In this document: positions 21,202 to 31,973 of the stretch, in pieces
Numbering within the stretch: position 1 is the stretch's first letter
Layout of the letters: each line of letters opens with the position of its first letter
Source: Cladosporium halotolerans
Taxonomy: Eukaryota
Direction: 5' to 3'
DNA: 31,973 nt
NCBI RefSeq assembly: GCF_011745625.1
Contig: NW_027191495.1
Location: 124,001 to 155,973 of the forward strand
Notes under the pieces: generated by a model
What the model saw: the letters and a program-made list of their open reading frames with translations, nothing else
The model's database searches: none
Told to the model about the DNA's origin: nothing
Position numbers and translations under genes: made by a program

Positions 21202-21423
21202 CGTTGCTGTGTTGTGTGTTGTATATTGAGTGTTTTGGGAAAGTGCTTTGAGGCCTCTGCGGGCTCAGCCAGTGCGATAAAGGTGTGAGTAAGACAAAGT
21301 CAATGGGTCAAGCGTGTGTGATCGTTGGTTGCACGAGCATACTGCGGGTTTGCTTTGAAGACCTGGGCAGCGATATGCAAGGCCAGGCCGGCTCCGCTAT
21401 ATGACGTGGTCATCCAATCATAT

Positions 21424-21443
21424 AGAAGCTACGCGAATGTTCC
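21424..21443. promoter_or_regulatory. Heat-shock element (four alternating nGAAn units, one mismatched) upstream of SIS1
   Basis: aGAAg cTACg cGAAt gTTCc with exact 5-bp phasing, ~220 bp upstream of the SIS1 ATG. SIS1 is a known Hsf1 target in yeast. Confidence 0.65.
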
Positions 21444-21805
21444 ATGTGAGATCCACGTGACCTGCATACACATGCTATATTGGAGGGAGTATAAAAACTC
21501 ATACCATTGAACTGGCCTAGTCCTCATGCACGGCACACGCCAGAACGCAGGATTGCTTTTAATGAGAGCCGCAAAACTCTCGCGACGCTGTTGACATGTG
21601 TGCTATCTTTAACTTAGGATGCCGCCATTGCTGTGACGTAGGCGCACGCGGGAGCTCAGCAGCGCAAAGCCCAAGCGCAAGATCGCGTCCTAACGTCGCG
21701 TCTTCTTGCCCTGGGGCCTCCCGCACATGATTCTCGGGCGATAAGCCGCTTTATCAGGTACCAACTCCCCGATGGATATTTGATATCGCCTTGCACGCCG
21801 ATGAA

Positions 21806-23213
21806 ATGACGACGTTCAAGATCCAGCCGCTGGCGCGTTTCGCGGGCGCCAGTACATCGATTCGTCGACCACGCGAAATCACACACTTCTCCTACGACGA
21901 TGATCGAAAGCTCTACCCTTTGTCAGATCGATCGCTGCAATACTACTATCCGCCTTTCATAGATGCACCTGGGGAGCCGGGCCATGGTAGGCCGCCTATT
22001 GATCTGTCAAATGGCTTTGAGACGTTCAAGAAGCACGATGATTCGATCGACGAGCACCTGGACTCACTGCTGGAGACTTTGATGGCTCACGAGCAGGAAG
22101 AGGGTCAACGCGTGAAGTCAGATGTCGTTACTTGGCGCGGTATCATGACAAAGGTCGATTCCGTACTGATACTCAGCGTGATGAGGATGCGTGCTAATTC
22201 TCACCTCAGATCATGACGGCGCCGTTCGATCTATTCAATGAGTTTGAGCTCAACGCGACCTGTTTCCAGGTGTGAAACATATGACATTCGATACAAATCA
22301 CAACACTTATGGCTAATATCTGTCCAGGGCACCGTGTAAGCGCATCCAAGAGGCTTGCAAACCCTTCGAAGGACATACTGACCACCCGCAGGTTCATCGA
22401 AGAAAATCATGCGAGTAAGGCAGCAGACATCAAAAGCCAGCGAGACAACTCGCGATCACATAATCGAGGCGGACCTTCACAAGAAATGATGCAGTATTGG
22501 GGTATTGCTAACAACTTTCCTTTCGCTGGATCTTCATCTAACCCATCCCAGGCTATAAATTCGAATCACTAGCTCTGCTCAGCAAACCTTGGGCAGAAGC
22601 TACGCGAGAAGAAATCGAGAACCGAGATGCCAAGCCAGTCGACAGCGAAGCCCAATACTGCTCCATCGTAACTACCGGCATAGGCGGCACCAGCATGATC
22701 CTAGGCGGCGAAGTCGACGCAGTCATGGGTGCAAAGCCCGACAATCCAAATGATCCGATACCATGGGTCGAACTCAAAACCGCTCAGCAGCCAGTCACGC
22801 AAAAGGACGACGTGAAATACGAGCGAAAACTCTTGAAATTCTGGGCACAGTCTTTCCTCCTTGGAGTACCGAAGATCATCGTCGGTTTTCGATCACCGGA
22901 CGGCCACTTGCTAAAATTGATGGAGCACGAAACACAGAAGATTCCTTCCATGGTAAAGCGGCAAGGGCAGGGGACGTGGGACGGCAACACTTGCATCAAC
23001 TTTGCGGCGGCGATGCTGGACTTCATCAAATCGACGGTGCAGGGCGATGGCGTTTGGAGGATACAGCGTCGGCAAAAAGATGGTTTCATCGAAGCGTTCC
23101 AAGTCGACGGCGTGGATCCGAAGAGTATCGTCACGCCGGCGTTCAGAGCGCATCGGGAGCAGATCGTCGCGAAGGAAGTGGCGGCTATGCTAGGCAACCA
23201 AATGAAACAGTAG
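21806..23213 (+). CDS. RAI1: Rai1/DXO decapping exonuclease/pyrophosphohydrolase; exons 21806-22153, 22210-22269, 22328-22335, 22392-22501, 22552-23213
   Basis: RPREITHFSYD, VTWRGIMTKIMTAPF, FQGTVFIEE, YWGYKFESL, GGEVDA, WVELKT, KLLKFWAQSFLLGVPKIIVGFR. Four GT-AG introns restore one frame. Confidence 0.94.
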
Positions 23214-23425
23214 CTGACACAGATACCCCAGAATTTTGGTTGATCACCACGGCGAGCACATCCGGAACGAGATCGCGAATTGCCGGATAGAACTTCACTG
23301 ATGAGTTGAGATTCGGCTAATGTGATCGAGTGACAGAAAGCGACCTTCTTGCAGCGAAAGTGAACAAATAGAATTTGTGCTTGATAATACATCGAAATAG
23401 AAGCTGCAAAGCGCGATAGAGGTGC

Positions 23426-24622
23426 TTACTTTTTCAGCGCATCCTCATACTCGACAGCGATACTGATGTCTCGCCTGATGATGGGATCCTCGCTCCCGTG
23501 AGATCCACTGCTAGTCCGCCGGTCTGACTTGTTCGACCGGTGCTTGTTAACAAACGCGTCCGCGCGGTAGTCTTGCCCATCTGACCGCAATTGAATCTTG
23601 TTCAAGTCGTCTCCGTTCTGGGAGCGGCCGCCCGTCCTCTTCTGCATCGATCGCATCTCTAGTGCGCTCTCGTCGCCTGTTCGGCCATATGAGTCTAGAC
23701 CGTATCCACCACCGAGTTTGCGCGACCTCGATGAATAGTCGCGACCGATCGCCTTGTTGTATCCGCGGACGAAGCTCTTGAGAGTCGGGATTGTCGATGA
23801 GACCAGAGCATAGCCAAGCACGACTTGCTGCCAGAGTAGACGATTGGCGACTGCGAGGCCATGGTCGTCGGCGATCAGGAAGCGGTGGATTGCCACGCCG
23901 TGCAGCGCGGAGAGGACGATGCAGGGAATCCTGAACGCGAAAGCCGCCACGACAGTAACTTTGATGTAGGCTTGCATCTGCAACGGCATGACAAGCGCGA
24001 TTGATAAGGCGATGTAGCACAGCTCAAGGAAGGCGTCGGTTCCGATAACGATGCCCCAGCGGATTGTCTGTGTGGCTTATTAGCAACTGGCCTCGAAATC
24101 AACTCAGTCTGCAAAGCGTACCTTTCCGGCGCATGTTTGTGGCTCGAAGATAGAGTGAGAGGGATTGCAGCCAACATTGATGACCAGAACGCTCGCAACG
24201 CCCCACGCAATAGTCAAACCCATTGCGATGTTGGCCGCCCACCACGCCATCCGAAGGTTCTGGGTCAACAGCCGCTTGATGAAGAACATCACGCTGATCT
24301 TCGTGAGCGCGATAGAGACGAGGAACAAGATCTCGTTAGCCATCATGCCCGCTCCCAAGGATTTGGTGACATCTTCCGGCTGCAGCTGTGAGCTGATTCC
24401 GGCGCCATCTGAAAGAGAGATGAAAACGCCAATATATTGTCCGAACGCAACGATTGTCGCTGCCAGAAGTGCCCAGTCGTCGTAGCCCAGTGAGCGGTAT
24501 TTGATCACAAAGCGGGCAATGAGAGTCGTACTGCTATACAGCAGACTCAATATCGCTGCCACCCATACCACGCCAGCTCGGTCTGTACTCGTCACTTCGG
24601 AGAAGATGTAGTGATCGGCCAT
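23426..24622 (-). CDS. PTH11-like (fungal rhodopsin-domain) 7TM integral membrane protein without CFEM; exons 24622-24122, 24067-23426
   Basis: Seven hydrophobic segments with ARF..K..LGYDDW, LTKISVMFFIKRL, C..C, W...TDAFLEL, LQM..K..V..AFAFRIP, TIPTLKSF, followed by a hydrophilic tail. Intron GTACGC..GCTAAT..CAG. Confidence 0.85.
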
Positions 24623-25643
24623 CGTGCGCCTAGAAAACGGTGTTGCTGTCGATCAACGCGCAACAACGTGGAAAGAAAAGGCGATGCGGGGCACGGTGCT
24701 GCGCCTGGCACCCCAGGGGATCGGCTATGGATAACGTAGATGTAGAAGCGAGCGTGAGGCACGGGCGGCCATGAGAAGGCACAGGAGTAGTTCGTAAAGG
24801 AGCCACGGGAACGACGCAACAACCACGTCCAGGCCTGCGATTCATGCTTTCCAGTCTCGCCGTGAGTAGAGTTTGCCGACGCATAAGCGTGCAGTCTGCA
24901 AGGTTCGGTCCTTGCCATCATCCTTGGGGCCTCGCTTAGAGCCTTCAGATGGCTGAATGGGGCAAATTCAGGCTGAAGGATCCTAACGAGTGGTGATCAT
25001 TGGGTAGTGTCGTGATAAGGCGGGCCGTGAGAGTGTCGGGCCAGGCACTTAGCGCACCCCACGTCTGTAACGCCTTTGCTCTATTCGGCACGTGCGCCGG
25101 TAGTGCTCACGCCTGCCGCGGGTGGACTCGGGAGGGCGTAGTCCAGGCTGGCCAGCTCGGTCCACGAACTCAATACTCGTCCTCAGAAACAGAACTAAAA
25201 CCAAACCAGGGTGCCGGCCCCGCCATCTTATCTGGGAGTTTGAGACTATTGCGAAGTCTGCGCTTTTGCGCCTCCCAGCCCAACCGCTCGTGGCTTAGAG
25301 GCGTCTGCAGGATTGCGCGAGAAACAACGGTTGGTGGACCAAGGGCGACTTGCGCCGCGTTTCTGCTCACGCAATGGAGCTCTTGCTGAAACTTGCCCCG
25401 GTTTGGCCGAGCCCTTGTGGTCTTCTCGTCCCCTGGCGAATCCATGGTGCCGGCCTTGCAGCAGCGCTACTGCGTATTGGATAGATGGCCGGCAGAAGGT
25501 CCTTTCCCATGGGCCGTACACACCCCTGTGGCGCTCAACCTGCAAAAACGAGTCGGCAACCCTATCATGTGACCGGATAGATTCGAGGTCCTGTGCTCTG
25601 GCCCGCCGTGTCCCACGTTCTTCAAGCCACCCATCCCGACAAT

Positions 25644-27653
25644 ATGGCCGCATCGACATCCATGCGTGTTCCTCCCGTCGCTTCTGCACACGCGAACATG
25701 CTTGACCGAACCGCCATCCACGTGGCGAAGGATGACTTCTCGCCTGGCGTCCGCGAGGTGACGGAAGCAGATCAGATATCTGAGAAACTGTCGGACAAAG
25801 GCGACTACCACGATCACTTGCGGGATTCCAAGCGATATGGCACGAAATTCGACAAAGCCGACATGCGTCGCATGGGCAAGAAGCAGGAGTTGAGGAGAGA
25901 TTTCCGCGCTCTGTCCGCTCTTGCGTTTACCGTGATTCTGCAGGGAAGGTACGTTACACAGCAGTAGCCAATGTCATTTACGGATGCTAACAGATTCGCA
26001 GTTGGGAGGTACGCTCAAGGTTCAAATACTGATGTTCATGAGCAATAACTGATCTCTCACAAGGTGCTTCTGGTAGCTTCCACACAAGGTCTCGTTTGTG
26101 GAGGTGTTGCTGGTCTGTTCTGGAGCTACATCTGGACATACGCTGGAATGACCTTGGTGGTCCTCAGTCTGGCGGAGATGGCCTCCATGGCACCCACTTC
26201 CGGCGGACAGTATCATTGGGTCTCTGAATTCGCCCCTCCGAAGTACCAGAAATTCCTCTCCTACCTTACCGGCTGGATGTCTGCAATGTCATGGCAGGCT
26301 GGTGCCGCAAGTGGACCATTCCTGGTCGGCACCTTAATCCAGTCGCTCGTGTACATCAACCAGCAGAGCTACAGCGCTACGAACTGGCAAGGCACGATGA
26401 TGGTCTGGGCCATCACTTTCATCGTCTACCTGGGCAATGTTTACGGCGGAAGAGCCATGCCGGTCTTTCAGAACGTCATGCTGATCGTGCACGTCTTCGG
26501 TTTCCTTGCCGTGAGTAAAAAGCGAGAGCAGATGTCCCGCCATGTCTGGAAGCTAACTTCTTCGACAGATCATCGTCATGCTTTGGGTCCTGGCCCCTCG
26601 CAACTCTGCAAGTGTGGTGTTCACTGAATTCTACGATGGCGGTGGCTGGTCTAGCATGAGCCTGGCACTCATGGTTGGACAAATCACAGCGATTTATGCT
26701 TGCATCTGTTCTGATGCTGCAGCACACATGAGTGAGGAGATCAAGGTGAGGATTGCAAGCGAACATGATCTAAGAACTCTGTGTTGACGACGATTTAGGA
26801 TGCTGGGCGTACAGTTCCCAAAGCCATGATCGGCTCGTACCTGCTCAGTGGTGTCATCTCGCTCATCTTCTTGGTGAGCTACCTTTTCGCCATTGTCGAC
26901 ATCGAAGGTGCGATCAACGAAGTCAATGGCTACCCGTTTCTTCACGTCTTCCAAGGCGCATTTAGTATGGATGCCGTCAACGTACTGTCGTCGATTGTGA
27001 CTTGCCTGATTTTCGCTGGCACTCTTTCATACAACCTGTCTAGCAGTCGGCAGATGTGGGCCGTAAGTTATGCTTCCTCCATTAATCGTTTCAGTTCTAA
27101 CTCGCTACAGTTCGCTCGTGACGAGGGTCTCCCGTTCTCCAAGTGGATCGCCAAAGTCGACCCATCATTGGAAGTTCCGAAGAACGCTGTTCTTCTGACC
27201 GCAGTGCTGATCATCATTCTGTCTCTGATCAACATTGGATCTGATGTGGCCTTGTAAGTGAGACTCGTACAACAAACATCAACTTCTGGCTAACCTCGGC
27301 ATCACAGCAACGCTATCATCTCGCTCAACCTCGTGTGTCTCATGTGGACATACATGATCTCAGTGGGCTGCGTACTCTACCGCCGCGTCTACCACCCGCA
27401 CCTCCTGCCCAAGTGCCAATGGAGCCTGGGCAAATACGGCGTCGCGATTAACACCGGCGCATTCTTGTACTGCACGTTCGCATTTTTCTGGTCATTCTGG
27501 CCAAACGAGGTACCGGTCACAGCGGAGAACTTCAACTGGGCCGTCGTCATGTTCCTTGCCACAGCCATCATCTCCGTGGTGGACTGGTTCGTCAGGGCAC
27601 GTCACGTCTACAACGGACCGGTTGTTTACTCGGAAGGCTGGAAGGAGAAATAG
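25644..27653 (+). CDS. APC-superfamily amino acid/choline/GABA permease (ACT family); exons ~25644-25948, 26002-26008, 26064-26510, 26569-26745, 26799-27062, 27111-27253, 27308-27653
   Basis: DMRRMGKKQELRRDF, SWEVLL, SLAEMASMAPTSGGQYHWVSEFAP, DAAAHMSEEIKDAGRTVPKAM, SSRQMWAFARDEGLPFS, INIGSDVAFNAIISL, FNWA. The start codon is uncertain (in-frame ATGs at 25644, 25662, 25698). Confidence 0.92.
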
Positions 27654-28336
27654 CCTGATTTCATCTATTTTACTTTGTACATATATTCCGTGAAAATCAA
27701 GAGACGCCTTTTACGATCCAGAACTCGAAAGCATCTAGGGCACAAATTGTCCGCTCTTTAGCAGCTCGGAAGGTTCCCCGTTTGACAGTCACGGCTCCAT
27801 AGGGCTGTAAATCACAACAACAAGGTTTTAAAAAGCAATCAGAGTTAATAAGCTACAGATCCGAGATTTCCAGATTCGTGGCAAGGGTACTCGAGCCTAG
27901 TCCCGTTGCCCGCTAGACGCGCATCGCTACGGTGTCCATGCGTGGCCCTCCGCGTCATCCACGGACCGCTTGTCAAGCCCTGCGGAGACGCGCTCGCATT
28001 TCGCACTGCTGCCCGATCGAACTCTAGGATCCTCGGTCATTTCAACCCATGCGGCTGGCGGCCGTCGTGTGATCCTCACATCCAGTGCAGGGGTTTGGGA
28101 ATGCTAGCGCATGCCCGCCCTTGTTCCGGTCGGGTCCGCGACGGCACGTGGCCGGCTTGTTCGATTGAGTGGTGGTCTGCCCTTCGTATACCAGACACAC
28201 ACTACGAGCCGCGGCTTCCAGGCCTTGGTGTCATCAGGGACCGGTATGAAAAGTTGCAGCGTCGGCAGTTGCGTTTGCTTGGGTCAAGACTTGCAGTGTC
28301 CATACGACTCTCCACTTTGAGCGAAAGAGATGTGGA

Positions 28337-29385
28337 TCACAGTCCTTGGTAGTATCTTTCCAGATGCACGTCCAGCGTATCCCTGCTGCCTTCTTCGCTC
28401 TTCACCGGGGCTACGATCTCGCTTGGGTGAATGGCATTGAACAGCACCATCATGGCAAACATCAGCAGCGCGTCGAGAGCGTAAAGGTAGACTTCATGGC
28501 TCAAGATGTACCCGTCGTTACCCTGGAGATACTCGACGGCCCTGAAGATAGAGCGCACCATGATGAGCAAGCTTGCACCATACATGGTGTACAGGTGTTT
28601 GCGCCATGGACACGACCAGCCCGAGCGAGACCGGATGGTTGGCTGGCGGACTAGTCGCCGGTGGAAGGCGCAGGCGGAGACCATGAAGAAGCCGAAGAAG
28701 GCGAGTTGTACGAACAGGCCGACTATGATTATGCGAGAGCCTGTGTCCAGTGCTTGGAGTGAGCCGGACGATTGGTAGCCGCCGCCTGTTTGCTGGATCA
28801 GCGCTGCCCCCTTGGAGGAGCAAATGTATTGACTTCCGACTGACCTCCTCCTTGCAGGACAAATGACAGTACATCGCCCGCGACGAATATCTTTGTGATC
28901 CATTTGTGTTTTACTACGGTGTAACTTTCCGCGTCTGTCCTGGTCACTAGTCGTCCAAACTCCATGTAAATGGTGGCAGCAAATAAAGCCTGCACATATC
29001 GACTATTAGGCATGATCTTTCTAGGAGTAAAACTCGATAAGCTCATACCGGCGCGACCAGCAAGAAAATGGCTTGGATGATATAAGGGCCCAGAGTCCAG
29101 TCTGGCGACTGGCGTCCAGAAATTGCGCGGCCAACGTATCCGATGATCTCGACTAAGGAAACAAACCACATCAGCGAGGTTCAAAAGCCCACGAATGGAA
29201 ACTGTCATACGGAGACCTCCGACTACCAGCGGAATCGCAACCCAGCATCGAGTCCGAAACATCTGCCAGCTGTGAAAGACCGTCGTGCCCAGGAAGAGGA
29301 GAATGAAGACAGCGGCTCCTGCTATCGACGGATCATAGTGGTAGAACTTGAAGCCACCTTCATCCTGACGGCCTTCGAGTGTCAT
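28337..29385 (-). CDS. RTA1: RTA1-like (lipid-translocating exporter family) 7TM protein; exons 29385-29211, 29152-29049, 28989-28845, 28785-28337
   Basis: FYHYDPSIAGA, LEIIGYVGR, GPYIIQAIFLLVAPALFAATIYM, KIFVAGDVLSFVLQGGGGG, GLFVQLAFFGFF, LIMVRSIFRAVEYLQGNDGYILSHEVYLYALDA, HPS. Confidence 0.93.
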
Positions 29386-30729
29386 ATCTTTCCCGGTTCA
29401 GAGTGTTGGGAGACGTCTGATATGAAGTGGACGGTGACAACTTGTTAGGAATGAAGTTCGCCGTTAGCTCTTGCGTGCCAGAAAGTGAGGAAGAGATGTG
29501 CTGTGAGACCAACATTTGCACTCTCTGTTGCGGATGTTGCAAAAGATATCGTGGAGCGACGGTGGTCTGTGAACTCTGAGGGTCGGTGGGCCGCCATCTT
29601 CGCAACGTACTAATTTCGTTACACAGTATTCCGTCAAGAGTTGTCCTTGTCAGCCCTGATAAATATGGTGTGTGCGCTGGCTGTGGTACTAATTTTGAAT
29701 AGGGAGGTTGACGAGTCCTTTGCCAGAGGGCCGCCGAGCGGCGGCACACCAGTCCGGACAGACCGACAGACTTCGCATTATTCGCAACGCAAAGATCTCA
29801 TCGCGAGACTAATGCGTCCAACGATGGCGCTATCATCCGGGATGCGTGTGAGCAGCCGTCCACGAGTACCCAGATCTTCTCTGGAGCACGCCAGGAAAGT
29901 CTGGGTTTCTCATTGCTCAAGTATCTCTATCATCTAGAGCACCTGAAAGCCGAGAGAATGCTTCAACGCTGAAGGAGATGATCAGTTGCACAGGACACTG
30001 GGATTTTGTCGGTTCTACGCACTCGGCGATGTTTACTGTACTGGCGCCATCCTGCGCAATTCGATATTGATCACAGCGGAATGCTCTTGCCAAAGCCCAG
30101 ATTGACATTGCTACCTTTATGCCTGTCACAATGCAAAGACTTCCAACCTCATGCCATCTTGGCTTTACCGTGATATCTATCTTGGAGCAGACGGCATGTG
30201 CCCAATGGCAACCAGAGCAGAGTGCCGATGGTCATACGGCTGGCATGAGGCTGACAAGTGAATTCGCCGAATAGGAGGCAAGCCAGATCCGCCTAGCCTG
30301 ATATTCGCAGGCAGCTTTCATGATCAACGCGGTCCGATGATGGTGTGTGCACTCTTCCCTCTCCTCTGCTGAGGAAGGTGGCGATGAACCTGTGGGACTA
30401 GCCAAAGCTTGGCATTGATGCCTCGGACAGTTCGGATAGAATGCGACTACCCGAAGCCTGGACCTCCTTCACTTGCGGGCAAAACCACCTGCTCCATCCA
30501 AGCTCGAAATGTCAAGTAGCGCGGAAGAAATGCGAGCATCCGCATTCCTCGGTGTTCATGCAGTAGCACCTTGATCTTGCCGTCTCATCCTCCCACTTCC
30601 CGCGTGGCCCTCTGCTTCGCAGATGCCGGACCGAGCGCATCTCGCATCAGGCCTTTGTCAATCGAAATCGTGCGAGGCAGACCCTGTCGCCCAACTGCAT
30701 ATCAAGCTTTGTTATTTGAGGTCATACAA

Positions 30730-31950
30730 ATGTCCGCCTCGCCAGCATCGCATGTCTCGCACGAATCATCGACTCGCGCGGTAAGACAATCTACAAGTAT
30801 ACTTGCGGCCTCGCGCAGCGCCACTTCTGCTCGACATTCGATTCAGAAGCACACCAAAACGAGGACAGGCTGCAGGACTTGCAAGAAGCGCAAGATCAAG
30901 GTACATCTATCCTTCTATCTACAGTTCAAAATTTGTCCTAGGCATTGGCGTTTGTACGATCGACCTGCTTACTCTCTTGCAGTGCGATGAGGGTCGTCCG
31001 TCATGTCGGAACTGCACCAAGCACCTTGTACAATGCGACTTCGCCTCGCCAGCCACGCGCCCAAACAGCATAGTACCTGCAGAGGCTATAGCTCCTCTCA
31101 ATCTCCTCGATTTAGAGCTTATGAACAACTTTACTGCCTCTACGTACAACACACTCTCCAACAACTCGACTATCCGCAGCGTGTGGAAGAATGCAATTGT
31201 CCGGAAAGCCCTTGGCTGCGACTTTCTAATGCGAGCCCTGCTTTCAGTTTCTTCCATTCACATGGCACAACACAGGCCAGAGCAAGAGCATTTGTACTTG
31301 TCACACGCCATTGCTTACCATGACATGGCGAGTCGAAAGGCCGTCTCACTTATGGGGACGATGCTTCCGGAGAACATTGAAGATCTCTGGATCTTCAGTG
31401 TTTTGACTGTCTATTTCGGTAAGTACCCACGACCCGGTCGACGGTCATTCTCCATCAAGCACGGGGTTACGAGAGCAATACCTGCTAGCCTAGGGTTGCC
31501 TTCTTGGCTTTGCCTTCCATTCCACCTGTGGGAGATTTGCAGGTGCGAAAAGCCCTCGCCCGATTACTGTTGGCTGACAAGTGCATCTAAGCTTTGGGGA
31601 GCCCCCGAAACTCACGATCTGCTTCCAAGTACGGTTACGATCTCTTGCCCGAATGGATGTTTTTATTCAATGGCGTCCACCAAATATTCTTCGCTCTGCA
31701 GTCCACCTCATATGCTGGCATTGTATCACCGCTACTGAACCATGGCACCGAACTCTGGACGATATCCCACCAACCAAAACATGAGAATGCGAACATCTTG
31801 CACGAATTGAGCTCTAGGATAGATGCTTGGGTTCGAGACGAGGGAGATGCAGCGATATACCAACGCGCGATTCGCAGTGATGTTGTTGGGTCGGTTCTTA
31901 TTGGTGCGGTGCTGGTTTGGTTGGTGCTGGCTGGTGCTGGTTCGACTTGA
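30730..31950 (+). CDS. Zn(II)2Cys6 transcription factor, Upc2-like group; exons 30730-30900, 30983-31418, 31592-31950; apparently C-terminally truncated
   Basis: HTKTRTGCRTCKKRKIK|CDEGRPSCRNCTKHLVQCDF with the typical intron inside the cluster, then LNLLDLELMNNF, FLMRALLSVSSIHMA, LWIFSVL, LPEWMFLFNGV. Family-like sequence stops at IYQRAI (~31872). Confidence 0.82.
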
Positions 31951-31973
31951 TCTGTAAGTGGTTGGTAGTGGTT
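31873..31973. repeat. GT-rich low-complexity tract with imperfect (T)GGTGCTGG units
   Basis: ttggtgcggtgctggtttggttggtgctggctggtgctggtt...gtggttggtagtggtt, an abrupt G/T skew relative to the upstream exon. Confidence 0.55.

Noticed and set aside
25000..25600. Several 90-147 aa ORFs in the PTH11-like/permease spacer
   Set aside because: Overlapping on both strands with no family motif, consistent with GC-rich promoter DNA.
27906..28352. 148-aa ORF between the permease and RTA1
   Set aside because: Non-ATG start, no recognisable domain, and it overlaps the RTA1 stop.
1..31973. CRISPR array, rRNA, intact transposase/retrotransposon, or secondary-metabolite backbone gene
   Set aside because: No spaced direct repeats, rRNA signatures, DDE/RT/integrase motifs or PKS/NRPS domains were seen.

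Overview
Gene-dense eukaryotic DNA from a filamentous ascomycete fungus: short GT-AG introns with CTRAY-type branch sites, Zn2Cys6, PTH11-like and RTA1 genes. A Dothideomycete origin is my impression only. I spliced gene models by hand. In order they are: an Emp47/ERGIC-53-like lectin (-), prohibitin-2 (+), a giant group X-type hybrid histidine kinase apparently lacking its N-terminal kinase-like domain (+), a frameshifted 3' remnant of a sugar porter (-), a CaMKK/CmkC-like kinase (-), TRAPP subunit Bet5 (+), Get4 (+), a decayed ~2.5 kb block with an unknown ORF remnant (+) and a RIP-like-mutated Zn2Cys6 pseudogene (-), an intron-containing tRNA-Gly(CCC) (-), Sis1 Hsp40 (-) with an upstream heat-shock element, Rai1/DXO (+, 8-nt microexon), a PTH11-like membrane protein (-), an ACT-family amino acid permease (+, 7-nt microexon), an RTA1-like protein (-) and a divergent Upc2-like Zn2Cys6 factor (+) whose frame runs into GT-rich foreign-looking sequence at the window end. 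I see no clear-cut new multi-gene system. The best leads are the truncated histidine kinase, the pseudogene block next to the tRNA, and the broken regulator at the right edge. Family calls come from recognising motifs; no database search was run.
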